Assembly: GCA_963662335.2 (NCBI GenBank)
Contig: CAXXVD010000005.1
Location: 544,001-608,000, forward strand
Direction of reading: 5' to 3'
Source: Chloroflexota bacterium
GTDB lineage: Bacteria; Chloroflexota; UBA11872; VXOZ01
DNA: 64,000 nucleotides
Below are positions 38,199-47,206 of the stretch, one piece after another. Below the pieces are notes generated by a model. It saw nothing but the letters and a program-made list of their open reading frames with translations, searched no databases and was not told the origin of the DNA. Both the position numbers and the translations under genes were made by a program. Each line of letters starts with the position of its first letter. Within the stretch, counting starts at the first letter, position 1.

Positions 38199-38366
38199 GT
38201 TCGCACTTCAACACGCTCAGCGCGAACGGCAGCGTTCCGCGTGCAATACCCTTGTGCCGGCGCGCAATTCCGGCTACAGTGATGCCATTGGCAACGCGCA
38301 TACAGCCGCGCGCGGCCGCGGCTCGTGCCGTCGGCATAGGTTACAGACGTATAGGGAAAAAACATC

Positions 38367-39386
38367 GTGCCCGCAGCGTCACCAATTCAGACTACCGTCG
38401 TCGGCAGTTACCCGGTGCCGTCCTGGCTGCTCGCGTTCCCCAGCAAACCGGCCTTGCGCGACGCCATGCTCACCGTCTTCAAAACACAGGAACTTGCCGG
38501 CATCGACGTGGTGACGGACGGCGAACTCTCGCGTTTCGACGTCAACCACCCGGAGACCCAGGGCATGATCGAATACTTCATCTCGCCGCTGGCGGGGGTG
38601 GACACGGTATTCAGCCGCGCCGAAATTGCCGCCTTCCGCGAGCAAGCCGGGATGCAGTTCCGCAAGCAGCCTGCAGGAGTGGTGCGGGAGGCCATTGGCG
38701 AAGGCGCGCTCGACCTGCCCACCGCCGCTGCCGGCGGCGCGCTTACCCCAAAACCCTACAAGTTCACGGTCACAAGCCCCTACATGCTCGCCAAGTCGTT
38801 GCTCGATCTCCACTACCGCGACGTGCGCCAACTGGCCTTCGCCATTGCCGACGTATTCCGGGAACAAACCGCAAACCTCGCTGCCGCCGTCTTGCAGATC
38901 GACGAGGCGAACCTGGTCGGCTCGCCCCGCGACGGCGCCTGGGCGGCCGACATCCTCAACCACGCCTATTCCGACTTCCCGGGCCAGAAGGCCGTGCATC
39001 TCTGCTTTGGCAACTACGGCGGGCAGACCGTGCAGCAGGGCCTCTTCGCGGACCTACTCCCGTTCTGCAATCGCCTGGAGTGCGACCACCTGCTCCTGGA
39101 GTTCGCCCGTCCCGGCGACGCCGAACTGGCGGTATTCACTGACCTGCGGCCGGAGATTGCGCTGGGCATCGGCGTCATCGACATCAAGGACAACGCGGTA
39201 GAGTCGCCCGACCTGGTCGTGCGCCGCCTCGAGCGCGCCGTGACCGTCCTGGGCCCGGAGCGCGTCAAGTGGGCGCATCCCGATTGCGGCTTCTGGATGC
39301 TCTCGCGCATGGTGGCCGACCGGAAGATGGCCGCGTTGGTTGCGGGCCGCGATCTGTATCTCGGGCACAAAAGCGAAAAGGAGTAA
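38367..39386 (+). CDS. Cobalamin-independent methionine synthase II (MetE C-terminal) family protein
   Basis: TTVVGSYPVP, QELAGIDVVTDGE, QIDE, HLCFGN, PDCGF. Confidence 0.88.
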   Translation: MPAASPIQTTVVGSYPVPSWLLAFPSKPALRDAMLTVFKTQELAGIDVVTDGELSRFDVNHPETQGMIEYFISPLAGVDTVFSRAEIAAFREQAGMQFRKQPAGVVREAIGEGALDLPTAAAGGALTPKPYKFTVTSPYMLAKSLLDLHYRDVRQLAFAIADVFREQTANLAAAVLQIDEANLVGSPRDGAWAADILNHAYSDFPGQKAVHLCFGNYGGQTVQQGLFADLLPFCNRLECDHLLLEFARPGDAELAVFTDLRPEIALGIGVIDIKDNAVESPDLVVRRLERAVTVLGPERVKWAHPDCGFWMLSRMVADRKMAALVAGRDLYLGHKSEKE

Positions 39387-39389
39387 CCA

Positions 39390-40448
39390 ATGGCCGAGCA
39401 AGCGCGGGTAGCCGTCATTACCTCCCCGACAGGAACCATGCACGTCGACGGCTTCCTGGAAATCCTGGCCGCCCTGTCCGAAGTGGCGCAGGTGGCGCTG
39501 ATAACGCACGGCGCTGACGACATGGAGGCCCACGCGCAAGCCCACCTGGGCGCGCGCCTCGTGGGCGTCTTTCCGGATACGGACGCCCTGTTTGCGGCCT
39601 TTCAGCCGGACCTGAGCATCGTGAGCCTGGAGCCGCGCGCCGCCCCGGCCGCCATCGCCGCCTGTCTGCAGGCGGGCAGCCACGTGCTGGCGGAAAAACC
39701 CGCCTGCCTGCAATGGCAGGAGTTTTCCGAACTTGCCGCGCTCGCGGGAGAGAATCAACGCAACGTCGGCCTGGCCTTTGCCGCGCGGGGCTTTCCCTTC
39801 CTGCAAGACGCGCGCAGAGTCGTCGCTAACGGCACGCTCGGCAAACTCTACGGCGTTGACACCTACTTCATCGCCGACCAGACCCGCGTGCAGCAGGCCG
39901 AGTGGCAAGCCTCCTGGTTTTCGCAGAAGGCCCACGCCGGCGGCGGACACCTGATGTGGTTGGGCATTCATTATGTCGATCTGCTGCACCATCTCACCGG
40001 CCAGCGCATCGTGGAAGTCGCTGGGCTGACGGCCGTCGTCGGCGGCGCGCCCATCGATACGGAGGACGCCGCCGTGGCCGTGCTGCGCTTCGCGGACGGC
40101 ATGATTGGCACATTGACTTCCGCCTATTACATAGATAAGAACAAGCACTCGCACCTGCACCTCTGGGGGTCGGAAGGCTGGCTGCGCGGGCGGCCCAACG
40201 ATTGGGAGAGCCTGGAGTGGTACAGCACCCATCCCGCCGAGCGCTCCGCGCCGTACCGTACGCTCCGGTACGACTCGCCCACCGGCGATGCCAAGGGCAC
40301 GTACTACGGCCTGGTGCGCGCCGCCGTGCGCGGGGCGCTGGGACTGGAGACGCATCCGGTCACCACGGCCGAAGCGCTCCACGTGCTCCAGGTGGTGCAC
40401 GCCATCTACCGCGCGGCGGAAACCGGCCAAACGCAGCGTGTCGACTAA
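39390..40448 (+). CDS. Gfo/Idh/MocA oxidoreductase
   Basis: HVLAEKP, GGGHLMWLGIHYVD, EDAA. Confidence 0.88.
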   Translation: MAEQARVAVITSPTGTMHVDGFLEILAALSEVAQVALITHGADDMEAHAQAHLGARLVGVFPDTDALFAAFQPDLSIVSLEPRAAPAAIAACLQAGSHVLAEKPACLQWQEFSELAALAGENQRNVGLAFAARGFPFLQDARRVVANGTLGKLYGVDTYFIADQTRVQQAEWQASWFSQKAHAGGGHLMWLGIHYVDLLHHLTGQRIVEVAGLTAVVGGAPIDTEDAAVAVLRFADGMIGTLTSAYYIDKNKHSHLHLWGSEGWLRGRPNDWESLEWYSTHPAERSAPYRTLRYDSPTGDAKGTYYGLVRAAVRGALGLETHPVTTAEALHVLQVVHAIYRAAETGQTQRVD

Positions 40449-40489
40449 GCAAGATTGGAGATTTCCGTCTCTTGTGTGGCATCCATGAC

Positions 40490-40767
40490 TGTTATTCCGA
40501 GCGCAGCGAGGAATCTACACTGTAGCGCGGGGGCTTGTCCCCCGCTCTGACCCAATATCCCTTGGTAGCGCGGGGGCTTGTCCCCCGCCGGAGCCATTGA
40601 AACTGACACGAAAGAGAATTGACCAAACAGCTTCGCAGGTTACAAACCTGCGCTACCAGAAGTCTCGGACGCGAGTTTTGCTGTCTTTCTGTTTTATGCG
40701 ACACCATTAGGGCTTGTCCCCCGCTCTGACCCAATATCCCTTGGTAGCGCGGGGGCTTGTCCCCCGC
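40490..40767. repeat. REP cluster (D, A x3, B) with internal direct repeat and a MITE end at 40709
   Basis: GGGCTTGTCCCCCGCTCTGACCCAATATCCCTTGGTAGCGCGGGGGCTTGTCCCCCGCC occurs twice. Confidence 0.85.
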
Positions 40768-40817
40768 CTGGCGGAACGAACACGCTCGCGGCAGGAAGCA
40801 CAGAAGGAATAAAGGCA

Positions 40818-41927
40818 ATGAAACGCTACCGGGCGGCCCTCATCGGCTGCGGCAGAATGAGCCGCGCGCACCTCCGCGCGCTGCGGGAAGTCGCAGAGAT
40901 CGACGTCGTTGCCGTGTGCGACGTCGACGAACAACGCCTGCACGCGGTCGGCGACGCCTTCAACGTGGAGAATCGCTACACCGACTATCACGCCATGTTC
41001 GCGGCGGAGAAGCCGGACATGGTGTCAATTGCCACCCAGGGCCCGCAGCATTGCGCCGCGACCGTAGCGGCGGCGGAACACGGCGCGCACGTGCTCTGCG
41101 AGAAGCCCATGGCCCTGGACCTTGCCGAGGCCGATCAGATGGTCGCGGCCTGCGCCGAGGCCGGCGTCAAACTCGCCATCAACCACCAGGCCACCGTGCG
41201 CCCGTCGCTCAAGCGCATGAGAGACATGATCGAGAACGGCGACATCGGCGAGGTCATCCTGGTGCGCGGCAACAACAAGAGCGGGCGCAAAGCCGGCAAC
41301 GAACTCATGGAGATGGGCACGCACGTCTTCGACCGCATGCAGTTTCTCGGCGGCGCGCCCCAGTGGTGCATGGCGCACCTCACCTGGGAGGGAGAGGCCG
41401 CAACCACCGCCGACATCATGGATTCGCAGGAGATGAGCCCCCGCGACCGCGCCTCCGGCCTGGTGCTGGGTGAACGGGCCTATGCCCTCTTCGGCATGAC
41501 CCGCGCGCCGGTGGGCGAGTGCCACTACCTGGGCTACGAGAAGACGGACACCCGGCTCTACAGCGTGGACGTCCTTGGGACCAAGGGACAACTTTCCCTG
41601 CGCGGCACCGGCACCAAGCGCGGCCAGGACGCGCTCTATCATCTGCCCGTGCCGGCTATCTATCCCGCCGACCTGCAAGACGACCCGCAGTGGCAACCGG
41701 TGGACGTGCCGGAGGAATTCGATCCCAGCCTGGGCAAGGAGAGCATCACGCCGATCCTCCAGGAGTTGCTCAAGTCCATCGAAACCGGCAGCGAGCATCC
41801 GTGCAGCGGCGCGGCCGGCCGCCTGAATTTGGAGATGGTGATGGCGATCTATACGTCACACCTGACCGGCAAGCGCGTTGACATCCCGCTTGCACAGCGC
41901 ACGCATCCGCTGCGTCGGGAGCGCTAA
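40818..41927 (+). CDS. Gfo/Idh/MocA oxidoreductase
   Basis: LIGCGRM, HVLCEKPMA, EMGTHVFD. Confidence 0.9.
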   Translation: MKRYRAALIGCGRMSRAHLRALREVAEIDVVAVCDVDEQRLHAVGDAFNVENRYTDYHAMFAAEKPDMVSIATQGPQHCAATVAAAEHGAHVLCEKPMALDLAEADQMVAACAEAGVKLAINHQATVRPSLKRMRDMIENGDIGEVILVRGNNKSGRKAGNELMEMGTHVFDRMQFLGGAPQWCMAHLTWEGEAATTADIMDSQEMSPRDRASGLVLGERAYALFGMTRAPVGECHYLGYEKTDTRLYSVDVLGTKGQLSLRGTGTKRGQDALYHLPVPAIYPADLQDDPQWQPVDVPEEFDPSLGKESITPILQELLKSIETGSEHPCSGAAGRLNLEMVMAIYTSHLTGKRVDIPLAQRTHPLRRER

Positions 41928-42060
41928 AGTCTCCTCCCCCGCTGGGAGAGGGTTAGGGTGTGAGAGGATATTCGTTCCTGGCGGGGCATGCGCAAAGCAT
42001 TACCGTTACTCCGCTACGAGGGGTTTCCTCAGGACGATCGCGAGAACAGCCCCCACCCGC

Positions 42061-42861
42061 CTACGGCCAGGAGATCAATACGAGTCTACTCTCAACGGTA
42101 TCGCCATTCGGCGTGGTGGCCTTGACCGTAAAGAGCAATTGATCGCTTCCCTCTAACCGATCGATATTGCGCAGCGCGAATGTGCCGCCGCTATTCGTAC
42201 TGCCGGAACTCGCTTGAGCGGTACCCAATACCTTCGCATCCCCCACGCGCACTAGTTCGAACCGGGTTGCGCCCGTGGCCACAATGCTCACGTGAACCGG
42301 GTCTTGCAGCGCCTGATAGTAGTGCTCGTCTTCGACGATCTTCTCTGCCGAGTTGTTGGCGATGACAAACGTAAACGTCACCCCAGCCGGTGTCGCCGTG
42401 GGGAAGAACGCTCCCGGTGTCGCGCCGGGCGCGGCGGTTGCAGCCGGCGCCGTGGGCACGCGCAATTCCTGGCCCTCGAATATCTTGTGAGGATCGTCCA
42501 AGCAGTTCGCCGCTTGCAGCGCAGCCACGGTCGTGTCAGTGCGAATGGCGAGGCTATAGAGCGTGTCACCCGACGCTATGGTGTATTCCGGCCAATCGGC
42601 GCGGGGCGTGCAGGCGGGCGGCGCCGTTGCCGCGGTTGACGGCGCTTGCGTCGGCAACGGCACAAGGGTCGGCACCGGCGAGGCCGGAGAAGCGGTCGTG
42701 GGCGTGGACGCCGGTCCCGGACGGATGACCGTGGGGATTACGTCGGGAGTCGGTGTCGCTTCATCCTCACTATCCCCCACGAACGGGATGCAAGCGGTCG
42801 CCAGAACCGCCAACCCCACTAACAGAATGATGCACCGCAGGCCCCTAACGCTCGTTTCCAC
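42061..42861 (-). CDS. LysM-domain lipoprotein
   Basis: LATAC lipobox, Pro/Thr linker, YTIASGDTLYSLA...LQAANCL...IFEGQELRVP; GTG after AGGAGG. Confidence 0.85.
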   Translation of the reverse strand: METSVRGLRCIILLVGLAVLATACIPFVGDSEDEATPTPDVIPTVIRPGPASTPTTASPASPVPTLVPLPTQAPSTAATAPPACTPRADWPEYTIASGDTLYSLAIRTDTTVAALQAANCLDDPHKIFEGQELRVPTAPAATAAPGATPGAFFPTATPAGVTFTFVIANNSAEKIVEDEHYYQALQDPVHVSIVATGATRFELVRVGDAKVLGTAQASSGSTNSGGTFALRNIDRLEGSDQLLFTVKATTPNGDTVESRLVLISWP

Positions 42862-43111
42862 AGTTGACACTCCTCCTCTACACATTGCCATACGCTGCAC
42901 CTCAAGAGTTGCGGGAGCAGCGCGTCTTTCTCATGCGTGGCGTCGCGTGCAATCTAATCTGCGCTGGAACCGGGGGTAGAGGGAAGGGGGTATGGTTCAG
43001 CACAGTGCAACACACACCGTGTTGGCTATACGGAAGCAGGAAAACTACCCTCTATGATGCCTTGTACGGCGGCAGAATACAAGCGCGGCCGGCGCGGGCC
43101 GCGCAAGGCCG

Positions 43112-44065
43112 CTACAGGAGGCTGCGGGCCTTGGCCGCGACGTGCTCTGCGGTCAAGCCGTATTTCTGGAGCAACGCAGACGGTTCGCCGGATTCGGCGT
43201 AGGTGTTCTGCACCCCCACGAACGCCATCGGGCACGGGGCGTGCTCGGCAACCGCCATTGCCACCATGCTGCCCAGCCCGCCGTGAATGAGATGCTCTTC
43301 CGCCACTACGATTCTGCCGGTCTCACGCGCCGCCTTCGTCACCGCGTCCACGTCCAGCGGCCGCACGGTATGCGCATCCAGCACGCGGGCCTGCACGCCG
43401 TCCGCGGCCAGCGCCTGCGCCGCTTCCAACGCGGCCGCCACCATGATGCCGTTGGCGATGAGCGTGATATCGGCGCCGCCGCGCAATTCGTTTGCTTTGC
43501 CCAACTCGAAGTCGGGATTCTCGCCGTAGACCACCGGCACGTCGGGACGCCCCACGCGCATGTAGGCCGGGCCATCTGATGCGAGCATTGCCGCCACCGC
43601 CTTGTGGGTGGACGGCTCGTCGGCCGGAACGATTACCGTAAAGGTCGGCAGGCCCAGCGCCAGGGCCACGTCCTCGATTGCCATCTGCGACGGGCCGTCC
43701 TCGCCGATGCTGATGCCGGCGTGGCTGCCCACCACCTTGACGTTGAGATTGGGAAAGGCAATCGACATGCGCAACTGGTCGTAGCCGTTGCACATGATGA
43801 AGCAGGCAAAGCTGGCAATCACCGGCAGTTTGCCGCAGGCCGCCAGGCCCGCGCCAATCCCCACCAAATTCGATTCCGCAATGCCCACGTTGAAGAAACG
43901 CTCCGGAAACTCCTGCGCGAACCACTCGGTGCGGGTGGAGTTGTGCACGTCGCCGTCCACCACTACGATGTCCGGATTGGTACGGCCGGCCTCGCGCAGC
44001 GCCGCGCCGAACGCATCGCGGGTTGCCTTGCCCATGGTCAATTCGAGTGCGTGTGTTACCGCCAT
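43112..44065 (-). CDS. Transketolase, C-terminal subunit
   Basis: ATRDAFG, NVGIAE, GEDGPSQMAIED, EEHLIHGGLGS. Confidence 0.92.
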   Translation of the reverse strand: MAVTHALELTMGKATRDAFGAALREAGRTNPDIVVVDGDVHNSTRTEWFAQEFPERFFNVGIAESNLVGIGAGLAACGKLPVIASFACFIMCNGYDQLRMSIAFPNLNVKVVGSHAGISIGEDGPSQMAIEDVALALGLPTFTVIVPADEPSTHKAVAAMLASDGPAYMRVGRPDVPVVYGENPDFELGKANELRGGADITLIANGIMVAAALEAAQALAADGVQARVLDAHTVRPLDVDAVTKAARETGRIVVAEEHLIHGGLGSMVAMAVAEHAPCPMAFVGVQNTYAESGEPSALLQKYGLTAEHVAAKARSLL

Positions 44066-44874
44066 CCCAGTTCCTCCAGGGCGCGTTCTTCTTCTTCTTC
44101 GGTGAGCGCCTTGCCGTGATACGACCAGTCCGCTTCCACGAACGAGACGCCCTTGCCTTTCACGGTGTGGGCGATGATGCACGAGGGACGGTCCTCTACG
44201 GCCTTGGCGCGCCGCAGCGCGGTTGCCACCGTGTCCATGTCGTGTCCGTCGATCTCCTGCACGTCCCATTGGAAGGCCCGCCACTTTTCGGCCAGCGGCG
44301 CGTAGTCGAGCACGTCGCGCACCCAGCCGGTCTGCTGGGCTTTGTTGTGGTCCACGATAGCCGTCACGTTGTCCAGCTTGTAGTGGGCGGCGGTCATGGC
44401 GGCCTCCCAAATCTGGCCTTCGTCCTGCTCGCCGTCGCCCAGGATGACGAACACGTGAAAGTCCCTGTTCTCCAGCCGCGCGGCGAAAGCGTGGCCCAGG
44501 CCAATCGAAAGGCCCTGCCCCAAAGAGCCGGTGCTGGCTTCCACGCCGGGCAGGCGGGTCATGTTGGGGTGCCCCTCCAGCGGGCTTTCGATCTGGCGCA
44601 GCGTGGGCAGCATGTCCGTGGAAAAATACCCGGCCTGCGCCAGGACCACGTAGAGCAGCGGGCTGGCGTGGCCCTTGCTCATAATCAGACGGTCCCGGTC
44701 GGCCCACTCCGGCTGCGCGGGATCATGGCGCATGATGCCGCCAAAGTAGAGCGCGGCCATGATTTCCACGCCGGAAAGCGAACTCGATGGATGGCCCGAA
44801 CCGGCAATCGTGGTACACGTAATGATGTCGCGCCGGATCTCGCGCGCCCGCTCCTCGAGCTCTGCGATTGACAT
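44056..44874 (-). CDS. Transketolase, N-terminal subunit
   Basis: SGHP, RDRLIMSKGH, TGSLGQG, GDGE..EG..WEA ThDP motif. Confidence 0.93.
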   Translation of the reverse strand: MSIAELEERAREIRRDIITCTTIAGSGHPSSSLSGVEIMAALYFGGIMRHDPAQPEWADRDRLIMSKGHASPLLYVVLAQAGYFSTDMLPTLRQIESPLEGHPNMTRLPGVEASTGSLGQGLSIGLGHAFAARLENRDFHVFVILGDGEQDEGQIWEAAMTAAHYKLDNVTAIVDHNKAQQTGWVRDVLDYAPLAEKWRAFQWDVQEIDGHDMDTVATALRRAKAVEDRPSCIIAHTVKGKGVSFVEADWSYHGKALTEEEEERALEELGWR

Positions 44875-44986
44875 TGTAATCTCTACACTCACCGTGGCTG
44901 CAATCCTTTTGCTTGTACCGCAATCATCGTCTTTCTGCGGTGAACACTCCTGCGCCGAGGCGCGCCCGTTCGTATTCCGACCAACC

Positions 44987-45091
44987 GTAGCGCGGGGGCT
45001 TGTCCCCCGCTTCTTCCTCAACCCGCCGTAGCGCGGGGGCTCGTCCCCCGCCTCTTCCCATCCTGCCGTAGCGCGGGGGCTTGTCCCCCGC
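44987..45091 (+). repeat. Three tandem family A REPs
   Basis: GTAGCGCGGGGGCTYGTCCCCCGC at 44987, 45028, 45068. Confidence 0.9.
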
Positions 45092-45294
45092 CTCTTGGCG
45101 TGAATCGCATGCACCATCCCCGGCAAGACGCCGCGCGTATCGAGACACGCTTTTCCTATTGTAGCGTCTATCCGCTCGCGGCGCGAGTGCCCCCGCCGCC
45201 GGCAGTGTTCTATACTGGATGCGCTACACAGTGATGCAGTGCGCCGTCCGGCGCTCCGGCGCCGGGACGCGCGGAAAGCCCGCCGAACGAGACA

Positions 45295-46155
45295 ATGGCC
45301 GCACCCAGCCCAGAGAACGGCCGCACGCAGAGCCGCGCCTTTCCCACCATCTGGCAGGGGCTGCTGCTACTCGGCCTGCTCATGCTGCTGCAACTGGGCG
45401 CGTCAGTAGTCGTCGGCGCGTACATGGCGCTGCAGTCCCTGCCGGCGGACGATCTCACCTTGCTGCTCGCCGTCGTGAACGTCGCCACGTTCGGCGCCAC
45501 GGCCATCGTCGGCGCGGCCTGGTCGCGCATGCCGGCGCGGCAGCTTTTCTACCTGCGCGGCTTTCCGCCGGTTCAAATCCTACCAATGCTCGTCATGACG
45601 CTCGGCCTCATCGTCGTCGTCTCCGAACTCGACAACGTTGTGCAGCGCTTCTGGCCCGTGCCGGAGTGGTTCATCGACGTGATGAAGGAACTCGGACTTG
45701 GCGAGGGAATTGCCCTGGGCACGGTCGTCTTGTTGGTAGTCATCGCCCCGCTCACGGAAGAGCCGCTCTTTCGCGGTATCCTGCTCCATGGCTTTGCACG
45801 CAACTACGGCGCGTGGTGGGCGGTCATCGGCACGTCCCTGCTCTTTGGCGCGATCCACCTGAACCCCTGGCAGTTCGTGGGCGCGTTTTGCCTGGGTCTG
45901 GCCTTCGGCTGGTGGACGCTGCGGACGGGATCGATGCTGCCGGCGCTGCTGGGTCACGCCCTGAACAACGGCATGGTCGTCTTTGCGGCGGACGTGCTGA
46001 GCGTGGAGATTCAGGGCTTCAACGCCTGGGAAGAAGGCGTGCACGCCCACCAACCGTGGTGGTTCACGCTCACCGGCGCCGCGCTGCTGCTGGTTGGCGC
46101 GGGCATCCTGCACCGCATGTGGTCTCAAGTCCCTTCTCCCAGGGGAGAAGGTTAG
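45295..46155 (+). CDS. CPBP (CAAX/Abi) intramembrane metalloprotease
   Basis: APLTEEPLFRG, LFGAIH, HALNN. Confidence 0.9.
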   Translation: MAAPSPENGRTQSRAFPTIWQGLLLLGLLMLLQLGASVVVGAYMALQSLPADDLTLLLAVVNVATFGATAIVGAAWSRMPARQLFYLRGFPPVQILPMLVMTLGLIVVVSELDNVVQRFWPVPEWFIDVMKELGLGEGIALGTVVLLVVIAPLTEEPLFRGILLHGFARNYGAWWAVIGTSLLFGAIHLNPWQFVGAFCLGLAFGWWTLRTGSMLPALLGHALNNGMVVFAADVLSVEIQGFNAWEEGVHAHQPWWFTLTGAALLLVGAGILHRMWSQVPSPRGEG

Positions 46156-46164
46156 GGTGAGGAG

Positions 46165-46327
46165 CAATGCTGTCGCACTAACGTAGCGCGGGGGCTTGTC
46201 CCCCGCCTGAGCCACCTAAACCAACTTGCAAAGGATTTACCTAGACAGCTTCGCAGGTTACAAACCTGCGCTACCGGAGATTTCAGACGCGAGGATCGCT
46301 GCCTTTCTGTTTGGCGCGACAGCATTA
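46165..46327. mobile_element. 163-bp REP-carrying MITE with IS4-like ends
   Basis: CAATGCTGTCGC ... GCGACAGCATTA TIRs; flanks GGGTGAGGAG / GGGTGAGAGG; body shared with 33447-33590 and 40565-40709. Confidence 0.7.
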
Positions 46328-46355
46328 GGGTGAGAGGCAGCCCCGCGTCGCTCCC

Positions 46356-46712
46356 CTAGCGCGACCGCAAGAACCACAGCGCGTTGATCAGGAAGATCAT
46401 CGCCAGCACGGCGTAGACGCCGGCCGGGCCGGCGGACATCGAGGCAAAGATGAGCAGCGGAATGCCGATGCCCATGGTCGGCATGGCGACGGAAAGGAAC
46501 CTCTTTTCGTCGGCCTTGGTCTGCTTGCGCGACTTGCCCATGGCGGCCTGCACGCGCTCATCGATCATTGTCTCGATGCGCTCGGCCAGCGCCTCCACAA
46601 CTTCATCCTCGTATTGTTCACCCAACTCCCGCCGGGCGCTCACGGCAAGGCCAAGCTCATCCTTCAGGCCGTCCGCGTCTGCGGAATCTTTTGGACGTGT
46701 CTTCTTTGCCAA
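46356..46712 (-). CDS. Hypothetical 2-TM protein, tandem paralogue 1
   Basis: LKDEL...ELGEQY...ALAERIE..IDERV.AA shared with its neighbour. Confidence 0.75.
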   Translation of the reverse strand: MAKKTRPKDSADADGLKDELGLAVSARRELGEQYEDEVVEALAERIETMIDERVQAAMGKSRKQTKADEKRFLSVAMPTMGIGIPLLIFASMSAGPAGVYAVLAMIFLINALWFLRSR

Positions 46713-46738
46713 TTCTTGCGCCCCCTCGCAGCGTATGG

Positions 46739-47095
46739 CTAGCGCGAGCGCCAGAGCCAGACTATGTGAATGACGAAGATCATTGCCAGCACGGTGAAGA
46801 AGCCGGTCGCGCCGGCCGCAAACGCGCCCACAATCGCCAGCGGAATGCCAAATGCGGATACCGTCGCCGTCACCTTGAGAAAGTCATCGGTGTTTGACTT
46901 GGCGCGCTCGCGCAGCGCACCGGTGGCAGCCTCTACGCGCTCATCGATCAGGGATTCAATGCGCTCGGCCAGCGCCACCGCGACCTGGTCGTGGTACTGC
47001 TCGCCCAACTCGTGCTGGGCGGACATGGCGGCCGCAAGCTCATCCTTGAGTTGGGTGTCGCTTACGGTTTCTTCTGCACTGACGCTCTTGGCCAT
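46739..47095 (-). CDS. Hypothetical 2-TM protein, tandem paralogue 2
   Basis: Same motif; C-terminal hydrophobic hairpin ending WLWRSR. Confidence 0.75.
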   Translation of the reverse strand: MAKSVSAEETVSDTQLKDELAAAMSAQHELGEQYHDQVAVALAERIESLIDERVEAATGALRERAKSNTDDFLKVTATVSAFGIPLAIVGAFAAGATGFFTVLAMIFVIHIVWLWRSR

Positions 47096-47206
47096 CGCCG
47101 CGCAATCCTTCCGCGCTCCGCCGGCGTGCACCCGGCAGAGAAACGCACGTTCATCGTAGCGCAATCGCAGGGTGTCAACAAGCGTTTGCGCCGGGGGCGG
47201 TTGCGC

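Noticed and set aside
38230-38366. Cobalamin or SAM riboswitch before the MetE-like gene
   Set aside because: No B12-box or S-box consensus recognisable by eye; an Rfam scan would settle it.
42900-43110. c-di-AMP riboswitch upstream of the LysM gene
   Set aside because: Only a simple hairpin (GCGCTGGAACC/GGTTCAGCAC) is present; the ydaO consensus elements are missing.
43112-44707. 531-aa fused transketolase ORF in the track
   Set aside because: The N-terminal extension is an off-frame overlap of the upstream subunit; the real start is 44065.
44987-45091. CRISPR-like 24-bp repeats at about 40-bp period (also 37352-37495 and 61400-61552)
   Set aside because: Spacers are only 7-17 bp and mutually similar, the repeats are dispersed across the window as REPs, and there are no cas genes.
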